Positions 48,300 to 62,031 of a stretch of 64,000 nucleotides of DNA are shown one piece after another. Under the pieces are notes generated by a model. That model was not told where the DNA came from. It worked only from the letters and a program-made list of their open reading frames with translations, and did not search any database. Each line of letters begins with the position of its first letter. Position 1 is the stretch's first letter. The stretch comes from Eledone cirrhosa (taxonomy: Eukaryota), in the NCBI GenBank assembly GCA_964016885.1, contig OZ024741.1:331638001-331702000 (forward strand), written 5' to 3'. Both the position numbers and the translations under genes were made by a program.

Positions 48300-48617
48300 G
48301 GGAGTGTAACTTGGAGTTACTGTAGGTTCACCCGGGTGAGCACTCGATGTTTAGGTTCACTTCTGTGTCGAGGTGTAGAGCTATACAGAGTGTATTATAG
48401 TGAAAAGATAACAAGGACGATTGGTTACTCCTTCATTACATTTATTGGTTGGTGACGCGCGTTTCGCCACTGATCAGTTCAAGGTTCGATCTGTATCGAT
48501 CCAACCCGACTCTGTAATCTGCAGCACGACGGACCCCTTGAAATGCTAGTAGAAAATTCACCAACCAATAAATGTAATGAAGGAGTAATCAATCGTCCTT
48601 GTTATCTTTTCACTATA
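48300..48617 (-). mobile_element. Penelope-like remnant: 60-bp inverted arms, tail and hammerhead-like core
   Basis: Arms 48396-48455 and 48558-48617; minus strand CTGATCA-GTGGC-GAAAC-GCGC-GTC; flanked by (TA)n. Confidence 0.65.
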
Positions 48618-48632
48618 TATATATATGCACAT

Positions 48633-48840
48633 AGTGAAGGCATGTGGCTGAGTGGTTAGAGAATTGGATTCACAATCTTGAGGTTGTGAGTTCGATTCGT
48701 GGACCGGGCGATGCGTCATGTCCTTGAGCAAGACACTTTATTTCACGTTGTTCCTTCTACCTGGAGTTGCGACCAATAGATAGTATTAGCAACTGGAAAG
48801 ACCGACGGAAACATTGTTTCCTCAGTCCGATTTGACAAAA
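48633..48840 (+). mobile_element. tRNA-derived SINE with CORE-like segment
   Basis: TGGCTGAGTGG..GAGTTCGATTC, then TCCTTGAGCAAGACACTT. Confidence 0.75.
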
Positions 48841-49001
48841 GTCAATCGAGAAAAAAATATGCACATAACTCTTGTACTCCCAATGAAGGACTAATGTCTG
48901 ATATGTCAAACTTTTTTCACTTTTCTTTCAAAGCACGAAACTAATCACTTTGTATCTGTGTCAGTTTTTATTATAAATATATGCACAAACACAAACATAC
49001 A

Positions 49002-49085
<84 letters not shown>

Positions 49086-49257
49086 CACACTTTCATATAC
49101 AAACATACACACACACATGCATATATATATACACACACACACAGATACATATAAATTTGTAAATATATATGTATGGGTGTATGCGCAATCTGAGTTAATT
49201 GTTTATATATATCTGCATAATTGAAGTGTGTGTGTATAAATAAACATATCTTATATA

Positions 49258-49479
49258 CAAGGGTGACCCAAAAATATGTATACACAAAAATCATTAAAAA
49301 ATGCATTAAAAAAATTCTGTTTTATATGCATTAGTTAAATTACGTAAACATTTTTGGTTATTTACATACAATTGAATTATGTCTATAGATCAGTTTATTT
49401 TGGGGAAAGGCTATGCATTCTAATAAATATTGCCTGTACTGGTAATCAAAGTGTGTATACATTTTTTGGGGACATCCTG
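49258..49479. mobile_element. Tc1/mariner-type MITE
   Basis: TA-CAAGGGTGACCCAAAAATATGTATACAC...GTGTATACATTTTTTGGGGACATCCTG-TA. Confidence 0.75.
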
Positions 49480-49493
49480 TATATATATTTACA

Positions 49494-49548
<55 letters not shown>

Positions 49549-49837
49549 CAGATAATAAGTTGTGTGGATGTTTATATCAGATATTTGTTAAACACACCTC
49601 CGAGTATAAGCTTTTGTTTATTATACATGGATAAGTATATGACAACCTCCTGCCTGTCAATCAACCTATAACTCCGCCCACCACCTAGAAGATCTTCTTG
49701 TCTACAGATAACAAACACAAACTGATTAATTTCATTTCTCATCATCTTGCTATTGAAAGGGTTTAAGCTTGGCCCTTGGCTCACGATCTTATAACAGTAT
49801 ATATCAATGAGCCTCTCTCTTTCTGTGTGTATACATA

Positions 49838-49904
<67 letters not shown>

Positions 49905-49975
49905 ATAAAAAGGCTTACTGTACACAACACAAAACTACTTTGTGTGGTGGATAGATTTATACTTTCCTCTCTCTT

Positions 49976-50006
<31 letters not shown>

Positions 50007-51137
50007 GTATATATATATTGCCTGAGCTGCTGGTAACTTCAGTTTCGTCCTGGATCTTCATAAACAAATGAATGGTATTCTAACATGGCCGTAGTCTAAT
50101 AAACTGACAAGTAGAATAAAAAAAGAAAGAAATACACACACACATACATATATACAAGCACGCGCATGCACAAATACATATAGATATATGTATACAGAGG
50201 AAATAGAAGAGAAGTGTGAGAGAATATGTGGTGTAATGTAATGTTACACAATCAAAACTCACTCCGTGTGCACACGACATACTGATGCACACAGGTGGGT
50301 GTGCACTATATATGCATACATCTCTTCATGTACTCTTACACTTTTTGTAAGAAACCATCTGAAACTGTCCCTAGTTCAAAGCTATAAACCTTTACTTTAA
50401 AGTGTTTATATTTATCTAAAAACCTTCCATCATAATTTTATGTAAGAACCTATTTTAAGTTATGTTCCAAACAGCAACATGATAATAAGAAAATTAGTTA
50501 TTATACTAAATCCCTTCAACTTCTTAATTATTTTAAAACTTATTTAAAAACCATAGGCTGTGCATTTCATTAGAAATATGGTAAAGGAAGAGTTAATAGG
50601 TCTGTGTGTGTGTTTGTTTTTTACAAATTATCTTGTCGGGTTCTATTTATATATTTGTATATTCTTAACTCCAATACTTTGTTTTTCCATAAATCAACAT
50701 TAAAATGTAGATATATAAATTTTAAAAAAAGTAAAGAGTTCTTTACTCCTAATGGAGTTGTAGGAGCTGTTTCTTTACACACAACATGTGTGTCTTGCAC
50801 ATTTTAAACCTTATTTAAAAACATTTTGAAGTCCATTTGCTATAACTGGAATTCTATAAGAATCCAGATAATATAATTCTCGGCAAATGCGAAGGGGTGT
50901 GTAGTCTTGACAACCACTTACAAGTGAGAAACGGTACTACTGTCGATTACTCCGCTTTGCTTTTGCCGAGACTAAGTATGTGACATAGCGAATGGTCTTC
51001 AAAATGTGTTTAAATAAACATACAGTACATTATCAAATATACTATACATACATTCATATATATATTGCTATTTCAAAGTGACCAATACTTATATATATAT
51101 TGTATATAGACTATTCTGCATATACTGTATGCAGACT

Positions 51138-51169
<32 letters not shown>

Positions 51170-51875
51170 ACACATAGAGTATTCATTCTATACATACTGT
51201 ATGTATAGTATTCTATACACATTGTATGTAGACTTTTCTATATATATATTGTGTGTAGAGTATTATGTATATACTGTACATAGATTATTCTATATATATT
51301 TTATGTAGAGTATTTTATATGTAAGGAATGTAGGCTACTTTATATAAGAAATATATACCAACTGATAGATGGCAATTCCAATTTCAATACATTCTTATTT
51401 ACAATAAAATTCCTGGATTTTAACAACTTCAGCCATTTTATACAGAATTATTTTGAATTTTCTGATTTCTAGGAAGTATTTAGGATTAGTTTGTTAATGA
51501 AATTATTTTGTAAATAAAGGACATGAACTAAATAAGAAATAGAGATATGTAATAATGAATTCCACTTAATTAGCTGCTAAATGTATGGTAAGCGAATTGG
51601 AAAGAAAACAAGAAGAATTTAATACAAGAAAGTATTTTTCAAAATGATGACAGAAGCAGATATAGACAAACTAATGTGTTGCTAGGAGTTTTCTTTACAA
51701 GATGACAATTTTCAAAATGGCTGCTAAACTTCATTTTTTTTCTTCCTTTGGACGTCATTAATTCAAAAGTTTACTGTATTTGTTTCGGTAGTTATCTTTG
51801 TTATTCATTGAACATGATTGAATTCAAAGTATAGACATAAGAAAATTATTGAATACATATTGAATACATATATAT

Positions 51876-52222
51876 GGAGGCACATGGCTTAGTGGTTAGA
51901 GCATTGGCCTTGCAATCGAAAGGTTGTGAGTTCAATTCTCAGACTGGGTGATGTGTTGTTTCCTTGAGCAAGACACTTTATTTCACATTGCTCCAGTTTA
52001 CTCAGCTGTAGAAATGAGATGATAGGGACTGGGGTCCATATCATTCCACTGCAGAGTGGTCGTGTAGGTGCCACGGCAAAAATGCACCCACCACTCACTG
52101 TAAATGAGGTTGGTGTTAGGAAGGGCATCCAACTGTAGAAATCAAGCCAGAATCAGTTCCCGTCCCACCCTTGCAAGCAGGGAAAAGCGGACGTAAAATG
52201 AAATGATGATGATGAAATGATG
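51876..52222 (+). mobile_element. Full-length tRNA-derived SINE with RTE subfamily C tail
   Basis: A/B boxes, CCTTGAGCAAGACACTT, AGGAAGGGCATCC module; tail CCCGTCCCACCCTTGCAAGCAGGGAAAAGCGGA matches the LINE end at 34621-34660. Confidence 0.9.
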
Positions 52223-52293
52223 ATATTGTATTAGTCTTATAAATTGTGTTGTGTCATATGTTGTGTTAGTGTTATATGTTGTATCAGTATTAT

Positions 52294-52985
52294 ACGAGGG
52301 TTGGCTGGAAAGTTCATAGGTTGACCAAGATACTCTCATAGAATGTGACCAAATGAGGTTTATTTTTCAACATAGTCACCCTTGCAGTCCACACATTTCT
52401 TCCATTGGTGTTGCAGTACTAGAATCCCATCGGTGAAAAAGTTTTCATCTTGTTGGTCAAAAAAGTCATCAGCAGGATAGGATGTAATCATCACTGTGAT
52501 ACTGGTTCTCAGCCAAGTGTTTTTTCATGTTGCAGAACAAAAGACAGTCAGATAGAGAAAGTGATCAACCAGTTGAAAGCCAAAGTCATGCACAGCAGCC
52601 ATTGTAACAAAGGACTTGAGTGCTGGATCATTGTCTTGATGAAACAAGACCCCTCTCATCACTTTTCCTAGATGTTTGGTCTTGATAGCCTTTTGAAATT
52701 GACTCAGCAACTTGGCATACTAGTCTTCATTGATAGTTTGGCCCTTTTGAAGATAGTCAATAAACACAATGCCTTTTGCAGCCCCGCAAAATGAGGCCAT
52801 CATTTTCCCTGCAGATGAAACAACCCTGGCCTTCTTTGGAGTAGGTGAAGAGGGGTGTTTCTCCTGCATGGATTGTCTCTTAGTCTCTGGCTCAAAGTGA
52901 TGAACTCAACCCTCATTCTGGAAGAGGGAACTTCAAGGAAACCACCTGGATCTGCCTCAAACGATGTCAGATTTTCCTGTGATAT
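52294..52985 (-). mobile_element. Degenerate mariner transposon, 3' part
   Basis: TIR TA-CGAGGGTTGGCTGGAAAGTTCATAGG; peptide GVLFHQDNDPALKS..GFQLVDH resembles the mariner catalytic region. Confidence 0.85.
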
Positions 52986-53649
52986 AATCAGCCTGGTGTG
53001 CTTTTGGTATCTGTATTGGCTTTATGAATTTTGTGTTCAAATTCACAGGATAATAAGAAAACCCAGATACACAAACATACAGAGAATTTATATTTGAGCC
53101 AGTGTGTGTGTGTGAGAGAGAGAGAAAGATAACAGACAGGTATATTAACACAGGGAAATATATTTGAGCCACCATTTGAGAGAGATGGTAGACACATATA
53201 GAAATATATTTTAGCCACTGAGGGACTGAGATAGGGAGAAAGGGTAAGTGAGAGAGAGGGTGAGAGAAATAGAGAAAGGGTGAGAGAGAGAGAGATATTA
53301 ATAGAGATACACTTTAATAGAGTGTTAGGAAATGGTTAGCAGACATTACTTGGACATATCTAACTTTATGTATGTATATATGTATGCCTTTAAATGTATA
53401 TATATATATATATGTGTGTGTGTATACATGTATGTGTATATGTATATATATATGTATATGCATGCATGCAAATATGCTTGCACACATGGGTATGTATGTA
53501 GGTTAGGTGCATACAGGCACATCTTTATATATATATGTGTATGCATGGATATGTATGTGTGTGTGTGCATGTGTACATATATGTGTATGTGTATATAGAT
53601 ATATGCATGTACATATGTGCATGCAGACATGTATGTGTATGTGTGTGCA

Positions 53650-53990
53650 TGTACACATACATGCAAGCAGGCATATGTCTGGAAGTGTGTGTGTATGCAT
53701 GTGCATGCAGGAATGTAGATGCATGTGCATGTCTACATATGTGTATGTGCATACTTGCATGTATGTATGTACTATGTATGCATGTATGTATATGTGCATG
53801 CATATGTATGTGTATGTACACATACATGCAAGCAGGCATATGTCTGGAAGTGTGTGTGTATGCATGTGCATGTAAGAATGTAGATGCATGTGCATGTCTA
53901 CATATGTGTATGTACATACTTGCATGTATGTATGTATGTACTATGATTGCATGTATGTATATGTGTATGCATATGTATGTGTATGTGTGC
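53650..53990. repeat. 165-bp tandem duplication in a TG/TA/CA-rich tract
   Basis: GCAAGCAGGCATATGTCTGGAAG at 53663 and 53828. Confidence 0.85.
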
Positions 53991-55407
53991 ATACATATGC
54001 TGAAATGTGTCTGGATATATTTGGGAGTAATTGAATTTAAGAAGTGAAATGCAGTGCCGAAAACTATGTATATCACATGAAGAAATGGAACTAATTCTGA
54101 AGTTCTCGTTCCATTCTGTATTAAATTGAGTTTTTGGCAGTGAAAATGGTCAAATCTACAGATGTTGCCTACAGGGTCTTATTTTTGTTAGATCTTGAGA
54201 AAGATCTTTCATAAGTTCCTTCAGATCTTGGTTCCACTAGCAGCTACTACATGAAACATGCTACCGTTTTGTTACCATTTTAATCACATTTCTTGCTAGA
54301 GGGAGCAGGGGGTGGGCAGTGGGAGAGAGAGGCAGGTGGGGATGGGGGCGTCATTTCTTTCAAAAGAATTAAAGAGACATATTTATGATGATGATGATGT
54401 TGATGATGTTCATTATACTGTTGATGATGATGATAATGAAAATCATGATAATGTTGATGATATTGATGATGATGATGATTATAATATTGATGATGATGAT
54501 GATTAAAATATTGATGATTATGACAATGACGATGATGTTGATAATAATGCTGATGATGATAATGATGATGATGATGATGACGATGAAAATGAGGAGGAGG
54601 TGAAAGTGGAAGGAAGGCGATTATGATAATGATATTAAAAATGGCTATTGTGGTTGATATCATCAAAGTTAAAAGTTTTGAGAGTCATATGATGAAAGTG
54701 ATATAAGAATGATAGCTATTTAGAATGACGGCTTATAAAAAGAGAAATAGAGAGAGAAAGAAGGATGTGTGTGTATATAGATATATATATATATAGAGAG
54801 TGAGAGCAAGAAAGAAAGACATATATATATATATATATACACATATAGTAGCTCAGCATAAAGACATCTTTAAAATAAGTATAAGATGAGAAAAAATAAG
54901 TGGTGGGTTGGATATGATCGACTAAATCAATGTAGTGCCCCAGCATGGCCAGAGCCCACTGACAGAGGTAAAAGAATATATAAATATATATATATATTAA
55001 AATTACCCTCCTGAATTTTTCATACCAAGAACTTGTCTACCCACTTCACTTAATCACATAATTAGATATTCGATTCTCTTTGCATACATTTTGCTGTATC
55101 TCAAGAGAATGTTTTCACATGTTACAATTATGTCTTTCTATGTTTTAATGGCAAAATATGTTTGTAACCTTTTTAAAATATTTACATCTGTGTCCACAGA
55201 TAGATATATCTCAGTTTCAGAAGATCCTGATTTAGGGTGAAAGCAGAAACTGTTTGCTTAAACTTTTAATCTGTGCTAATAATAAATATTTGCTCTACGG
55301 GCTTATATATACTATATATATATATATATATATATATAATCAAGGTTTAGCAAATAAGAAAAAGTTTTAAAATAAATTTTAAAAAGTTTACTATACCTGA
55401 TGTAATT

Positions 55408-55493
55408 ACCCTTACCGTACGGTTTCGAGTCTCAAAATAAGTGGATAATCCATGCGGAAAATCCATTGAAATGGAAGACTCTCGTCAGAGGGT
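55408..55493 (-). ncRNA. Canonical type I hammerhead ribozyme motif
   Basis: ACCCT-CTGACGA-GAGTCT-loop-AGACTC-GAAAC-CGTACG-GTA^AGGGT; all core bases and three helices present. Confidence 0.85.
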
Positions 55494-55734
55494 TCTTTTC
55501 ACTCAGAGAATATCAAATTCCCGAGTTCAAATCACGAACTGGCGCTATTCAAAATTGTCTCCGTGATGAGAGTGTATGATAAAGAAGCAATTCTGTCTAG
55601 TGCCGTGTGCAAAGATAGAAGGCAGAGGCGGAAAGGTCAATAATATATATATATATACAACTGTGATCGAGCCCTCTTTGAATTTTAGCCTTTGTATTTA
55701 TTATTACCACTATATATATATATACACAGTAATC

Positions 55735-56256
<522 letters not shown>

Positions 56257-56588
56257 AATTCAACAGATATGAAAATGTGATTTTAACCAAATTTTGTATC
56301 CATCTATCTAACTACACTTTTTCTCCTTTGGCAAATCCCTCACACACTCTTCTCTCCCTTCTTTGTCAGTTGACACACTTGGGATACTTTTTCTTCTATA
56401 TTTGTGTAGTTCACATAAAAAAGCCATAACTTGTATCTGCCTGTTTTGTTTTGTCCCAATGTGCACTGGAATGAATGGTACCAATCCTAATGTACCAAAA
56501 TTGTAGTGGTTTCCAGAGGTCGACTAAGGAGATGGGACTGTTTATCTTTCCATTATTTTTTTTCATTGTCTTTATATATTACACAGAC

Positions 56589-56625
<37 letters not shown>

Positions 56626-56850
56626 AGAAAAACCACAGACCCTCTATCTCAACTCACCTTTTGAAAAGCAGAAGAACTGCGAAACCGGTAAAGGAACCAA
56701 ATAAATATATATATATTTTTTAAAAATAAGACTCCAGTTGCATTTTCGATTTCATCTCTTTTTCTTTATACTTTCACTCGTGTAGGACACCTCGGTTATT
56801 TTTCTTTTTGTAAAAAAAACCTCACTTTCTAATATATATATATATATATA

Positions 56851-57127
56851 TCATCGTCATCATCATCATCATCGTTTAACGTCCATCTTCCACACTTGCA
56901 TGGGTTTGGACGGGAGTTTTCCCACTTGAGGCAAGAGTGGTTGTCTTGCTCGCATAGGACTGTCTGGCAGGTTTTCTACAGCTGGATGCCCTTCCTAACA
57001 CCAACCACGTTTACAGTGCGGACTGGGAGGTTTTTATTGTGTTACCTACACGGCCACATTACAGCGTGGACTGTGTGTTTTTTTGTCGTGACACCTACAC
57101 AACCTCATTTGTTTCGGACTGGATGTT
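56851..57127 (-). mobile_element. RTE LINE 3' UTR and tail, subfamily A-like
   Basis: Reverse complement of about 55870-56148. Confidence 0.88.
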
Positions 57128-57881
57128 GTATATATATACACACACACACACACACACTCACAGATACATACACACACACATATTTAAATCTCTCTGTGTG
57201 TACATTTATTCTATTCCATATATTCTGATCCAAATTAGTTCTTAATGACGGATTTTAGTTGAAATTATTTGTAAAATCTTACTTTATTAAATATTAAATA
57301 CTGATATCGTTATTTTTGCTATTGAAATCATATACACACACGCACACACACACACACACACACACATACACATACACATACACACAGCCAACAGCCAAAT
57401 ATACACAAACACACACAATCACACAGAGTTACATATACACAAACATACATACACTTATAAATCATACACACTTGTCATTTATGAGGTAGAAATGTCATAT
57501 CTTGTTTGGTGTAATATACATAAGGTGTGTATTTATGTGTGTGTATGAGTGCGTGTATGTATGTATGTGTGTGTATGTATAAGTGTGTGGCTTTGGGTGT
57601 GTGAATATATCTCTGTGAGTGTGTATGTATGTTTAGCGGTATGTATGTCTTTGGCTGTGTATATGCAATTCTGCGTATGGGTGTGTGTGTCTATGTGTGT
57701 TTAGCTATGCATATGTAATTGTGTGTGTATATGCATGTATATGCAATTAAGCCTAAGCTAGTCACAAGCAATATGACAGTATGATCTCAACCTGTGTACA
57801 TTACAATTAGTCCTGACTGATGAGCAGAAGAACCATTTATATTAAGTTCTCTTGCAGATTACCTCTATAAAACTGTTTATA

Positions 57882-58560
57882 GTATGGCTAAATGGCTAAG
57901 AAGTTCACTTCACAATCATCAGGGCCTGGGGTTCAATTCCATCTTTTGGCATTTTAGGCAAGTGACCATAACCTTGGGTTGACACAAGCCTTGTGAGTGA
58001 AAGTTGGTTAAGAAAATCACTTTGCAATCATTAGAGCCTTGGTTTAATAGGTGGCAAGCATGTGGCTTAGTTGTTTGAGAGTTGGATTCACAATCATGAC
58101 AGGCTGGGCAATGCATTATGTCTTTGAGCAAGATGCTTTATTTCACATTGCTCTTTCTGCCCAGAGTTGCAACTAGTAGATAGGATCAGCAATGGAAAGA
58201 CCAATGGAAACATTGCTTCTTTGACCCAATTTCACAAGTTCCACCCAACTCAGTAAGAGAATGAGGTCTGTGATCTTGTCAATTTGGATCATTCATTCAA
58301 TCCCACAAGTGTCATTTACCATAACCTCGGGTTGACCTTGTGAGTGAAATTGGGTAGATGGGAATTGTTTTGAAGCTTGTTGGATGGACTACTGTATCTG
58401 TAATTGAAAAGGGCCAGCTTTGTCACACACTGTATCATGCTGAATCTCCCAAAGAATTATGTTCAGGGTACACATGTCACTGTGGAATACTCAGCCAGTT
58501 ACACATTAATTCCATGACCAGGCTGGTCTGTTGATTGAAATCAAACAACTGAAACATGTA
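57882..58560 (+). mobile_element. Nested old tRNA-derived SINEs
   Basis: Heads at about 57882 and 58055; CTTTGAGCAAGATGCTTT; ACCATAACCT(T/C)GGGTTGAC duplicated at about 57965 and 58318. Confidence 0.55.
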
Positions 58561-58613
58561 TCATCCAAACATTAATTCATTCTATTTATGGAACATTATT
58601 TCTTATATATATA

Positions 58614-59096
58614 TGGCGGTGGATTGGCAGAATCGGTAGAGGGTCGGACGCCATGCTTTGCAGCAAATTTATGATCTGAGTTCAAATCCCGCCGAGGTTA
58701 ACTTTGCCTTTCATCCTTACAGGGTCGATGAAATAAAGTACCAGGGATAATTGCTGTGTGCCAAAAGTAGAAATAATTATTTCTTATATATATAGGGCGG
58801 TGGATTGGCAATATCTGTAAAGCATTGGACAATAGGATTTGTGGCATACTGTTATGATCCTTTACACTCGGAGTTCAAATCCCGCCGAGGTTAGCTTTGC
58901 CTTTCATCCTCATGGGGTTGATAAAATAAAGTACTAGTAGTAATGCACTGAGGTCAATCAATCGACTTTCTCCTCACCCCCAACATTTTTGGCCTTGTGG
59001 TTAACTTTGCCTTTCTTTCTTACGGGGTCGATAAAATAAAGTACCAGTAATGTACTGGGTAATTGCTGGCCTTGTGCCTAAAGTAGAAACAATTAT
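58614..59096 (+). mobile_element. Tandem tRNA-derived SINEs separated by a repeated target sequence
   Basis: GGCGGTGGATTGGCA heads at about 58615 and 58796; ATTATTTCTTATATATATA present three times. Confidence 0.85.
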
Positions 59097-59153
59097 TTCT
59101 TATATATATATATATATATATATATGGAAAATGGACGTTAAACAGTGATTATG

Positions 59154-59224
<71 letters not shown>

Positions 59225-59431
59225 AAAATGGTCGTTAAACAGTGATTATGATTATATATATATATATATATAAATAATTCAGCGAGAATCGTATTCCGGC
59301 CGGTAGAAAAAGCGAAACGAAACGCAAAATCGTAGAAATGCTGGCAAGCGCTCAATAGTTAAAAAACTAGAGCTAAACAATAAGTTAAAATGCTATATAT
59401 TTATATATATATACACACACACATATATGCT

Positions 59432-59612
59432 AGAGTCAACTGAAAAGTTCATAGGCTGACCAAGATTCTCTCATGGAATGAGGTTTATTTTTCACTATAG
59501 TGCCTGGAAAGAATCAATTCAATTATTAATAAGAAAGTTGAAATTAATGTATGCAAGATTTCATAGCCCTAACATCACTATTTCATAGTCAGCCTATGAA
59601 CTTTTCAGCCTA
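59432..59612. mobile_element. Mariner-derived MITE
   Basis: TIRs CTGAAAAGTTCATAGGCTGAC / GTCAGCCTATGAACTTTTCAG; left part resembles 52300-52375. Confidence 0.75.
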
Positions 59613-59852
59613 CACATATACATATATATATGCATGTGTATGAGAGCACGCACATGCATCAGTAAGTCTTTATGAATGAATGGATTTAAATATGTACCCA
59701 TTCATGCATGCATACATAAACTCAAACTTTTAATATATATTATATTTTATATATAAAAAGAAATATTTCTCACATAAAGGACACAACCTTTAGTTTTGGC
59801 CCCTTTATCTTCTTGCAAAATGTGCACTGATCAGCAGCTTCTAACACCTTGC

Positions 59853-59854
<2 letters not shown>

Positions 59855-59911
<57 letters not shown>

Positions 59912-60010
59912 CAGCAGCACCACCACCACCACAACCACCTTTGCCTCTGCCACCATCACAACCACTATCAGTGCTGCTATTGCTGCCACCACCACCACCA
60001 CCATCATCAT
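59855..60010. repeat. (CAG)n then (CCA)n microsatellite
   Basis: Direct inspection. Confidence 0.9.
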
Positions 60011-60272
60011 TAGTACACAATTTATTGCTCACTAAGGGAAGGAAATATAATAAAATCAATACAAACACAAACAAATAAAATTCAAACATAAAATAAAATG
60101 AAAAATAAAAATGAAAAAAAAAAGAATAAAAATGAAGATCAATCAAATAAAATAAAAAATTAAAAATTAAAAAATATATAATTTTTCCTCCGACATTTCC
60201 GGAGGGTAAATAAAATAACATTGGTATTGATTTAATTTTTGCAAATTAAAACTGAAAAGTTGTTTAAATCAT

Positions 60273-60286
60273 GTAACCATGACAAC
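60273..60286. promoter_or_regulatory. RFX X-box-like motif GTAACCATGACAAC
   Basis: Close to the X-box palindrome GTTGCCATGGCAAC; lies in apparently unique sequence upstream of a CAG|GTAATA donor-like site. Confidence 0.3.
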
Positions 60287-60513
60287 GAGCAGATATCACA
60301 ACAAGCTAAATTGAATATTGTTATTAGAGTGGAAGTTGTTGTTCGGAATGCTAAAGCAAGCTTGTCTTGCAGGTAATAAACCTGTTTTAAGCTAATATAC
60401 TAATATACTCTTTCTTGTATGTATGTTTTTATATATAGTTAGGTTGAGGTTTTTAATATAATTTACAGCGAAAACAAAAATCTAAAAAAATTAAATTGAA
60501 TAAAAAATAAAGC

Positions 60514-60556
<43 letters not shown>

Positions 60557-60774
60557 AAAGATTTTGGTCAGACATGGAACACAACTATCTATTTATCTAT
60601 CGATCTATCTATCTAAAGATGCATAACATATCTGTACCAAAACACAGCCACTGCACTTGCTATTAACTAAAATGTGTGCACTCTGAACAACGGGTTGCAG
60701 TTTCTCTACTGCAATCTTACAAGTGGGTAAGTCGTGGCTGGAGGTTGATGAATTAATACCAATGATTTTCGTAA

Positions 60775-61215
60775 ACCTGCGTACGAAAGGCCAGTTATAT
60801 GATGCCTGTGTGAGATGTGCGATGATGCATGGTAGTGAGACATGGGCAGCAACGGCAGAGGATATGCGACGGCTGGAGAGAAATGAAGCAAGTATGCTCT
60901 GTTGGATGTGTAATGTCAATGTACGTGAACGACCAAGCATGGATGAGTTGAGAGAGAAACTGGGTATAAGAGGGATAAGTTGTGGTGTGCAGGAGAGAAG
61001 GCTGAGATGGTATGGACATGTGATGCACATAGAGGATGACCACTGAGTAAAGAAGTGCCAAGAAATCCCAGTAGAAGGAAGACACAGTAGAAGGAGACCA
61101 CAACAATTTGAAGCCCACAAAGAGATGCTGTGCTGAATAGGACCCGTCCCACCCTTGCAAGCAGAGAAAAACGGACGTAAAATGATAATGATGATGATGA
61201 TGATGATGATAATGA
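60775..61215 (+). mobile_element. RTE LINE 3' fragment, subfamily C
   Basis: LYDACVRCAMMHGSETW..RLRWYGHVM; tail matches 34615-34690. Confidence 0.9.
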
Positions 61216-61257
61216 TATATATATATATTATTTATATAATAAACACCACAATATGAT

Positions 61258-61331
61258 TATTCCATTACCTAAGGTTTCATGAAATTAGACGATTCTAACA
61301 GAAACGTCCAGTTTGCTCATCAGATGAAATA
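61258..61331 (-). ncRNA. Type I hammerhead ribozyme motif
   Basis: TATTTCAT-CTGATGA-GCAAACTGGACG..CGTCTAATTTCAT-GAAAC-CTTAG-GTA^ATGGAATA. Confidence 0.7.
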
Positions 61332-61820
61332 TTTATATATATATATATGCAAGCAGGGAAAAGCGGACGTAAAAGGATGATGATGATGATGATGATGATA
61401 AATATTTAAACAGCTAAGCAATACAGTAGGATTTATTTCTAGCATTTACATATGTTTCATTGCTATGAGTTTTTTGTCTTGAAATCGCTATTCTCAATAA
61501 TCAATCAGGAAAATTTGAATTCAAATACGGTGGAATATTTCTTACTCCATATATGGCAAATTATCAAAACAGAGTGACAATCTCCATTAATTCAGTCCCT
61601 ATAAACTGGGAGGAGGAGAATACAGGTTCAAAAGAAGCATAAGAATATAAATAAACATATACAAATTCATAAAGATACAATATATATATATATATATATA
61701 TAAAGGGAAGAAGAGGAAGAAAATAATAAAGAAAGAGAGGAGAAAATTTATGTTGAGACTGTCCTATATATAGGTTACTCTAACTCTGAACTAGAAAAAC
61801 CGAAAACGATATCTCGTATA

Positions 61821-61854
<34 letters not shown>

Positions 61855-62031
61855 AGTATGTATATATTGAATAGTTAGCGTCCGATGGCTGAGTTCACAC
61901 CCTTTCAATGTTGGAAGGCATAAGCTCAGTCATTGGGTCTTACTAGTCTAAACAGGTAACTCCCAATCTACCCTTGCAAGCAGGGAAAAGTGGACGTAAA
62001 ATGATGATAAACACACACACACACATATATT

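Noticed and set aside
51876-51950. tRNA genes at SINE heads (also 48633, 25218, 46037)
   Set aside because: A/B boxes are present but I see no intact acceptor stem, and each runs into a SINE body
59796-60221. Poly-S/A/G ORFs over (CAG)n
   Set aside because: Microsatellite without credible flanking coding sequence
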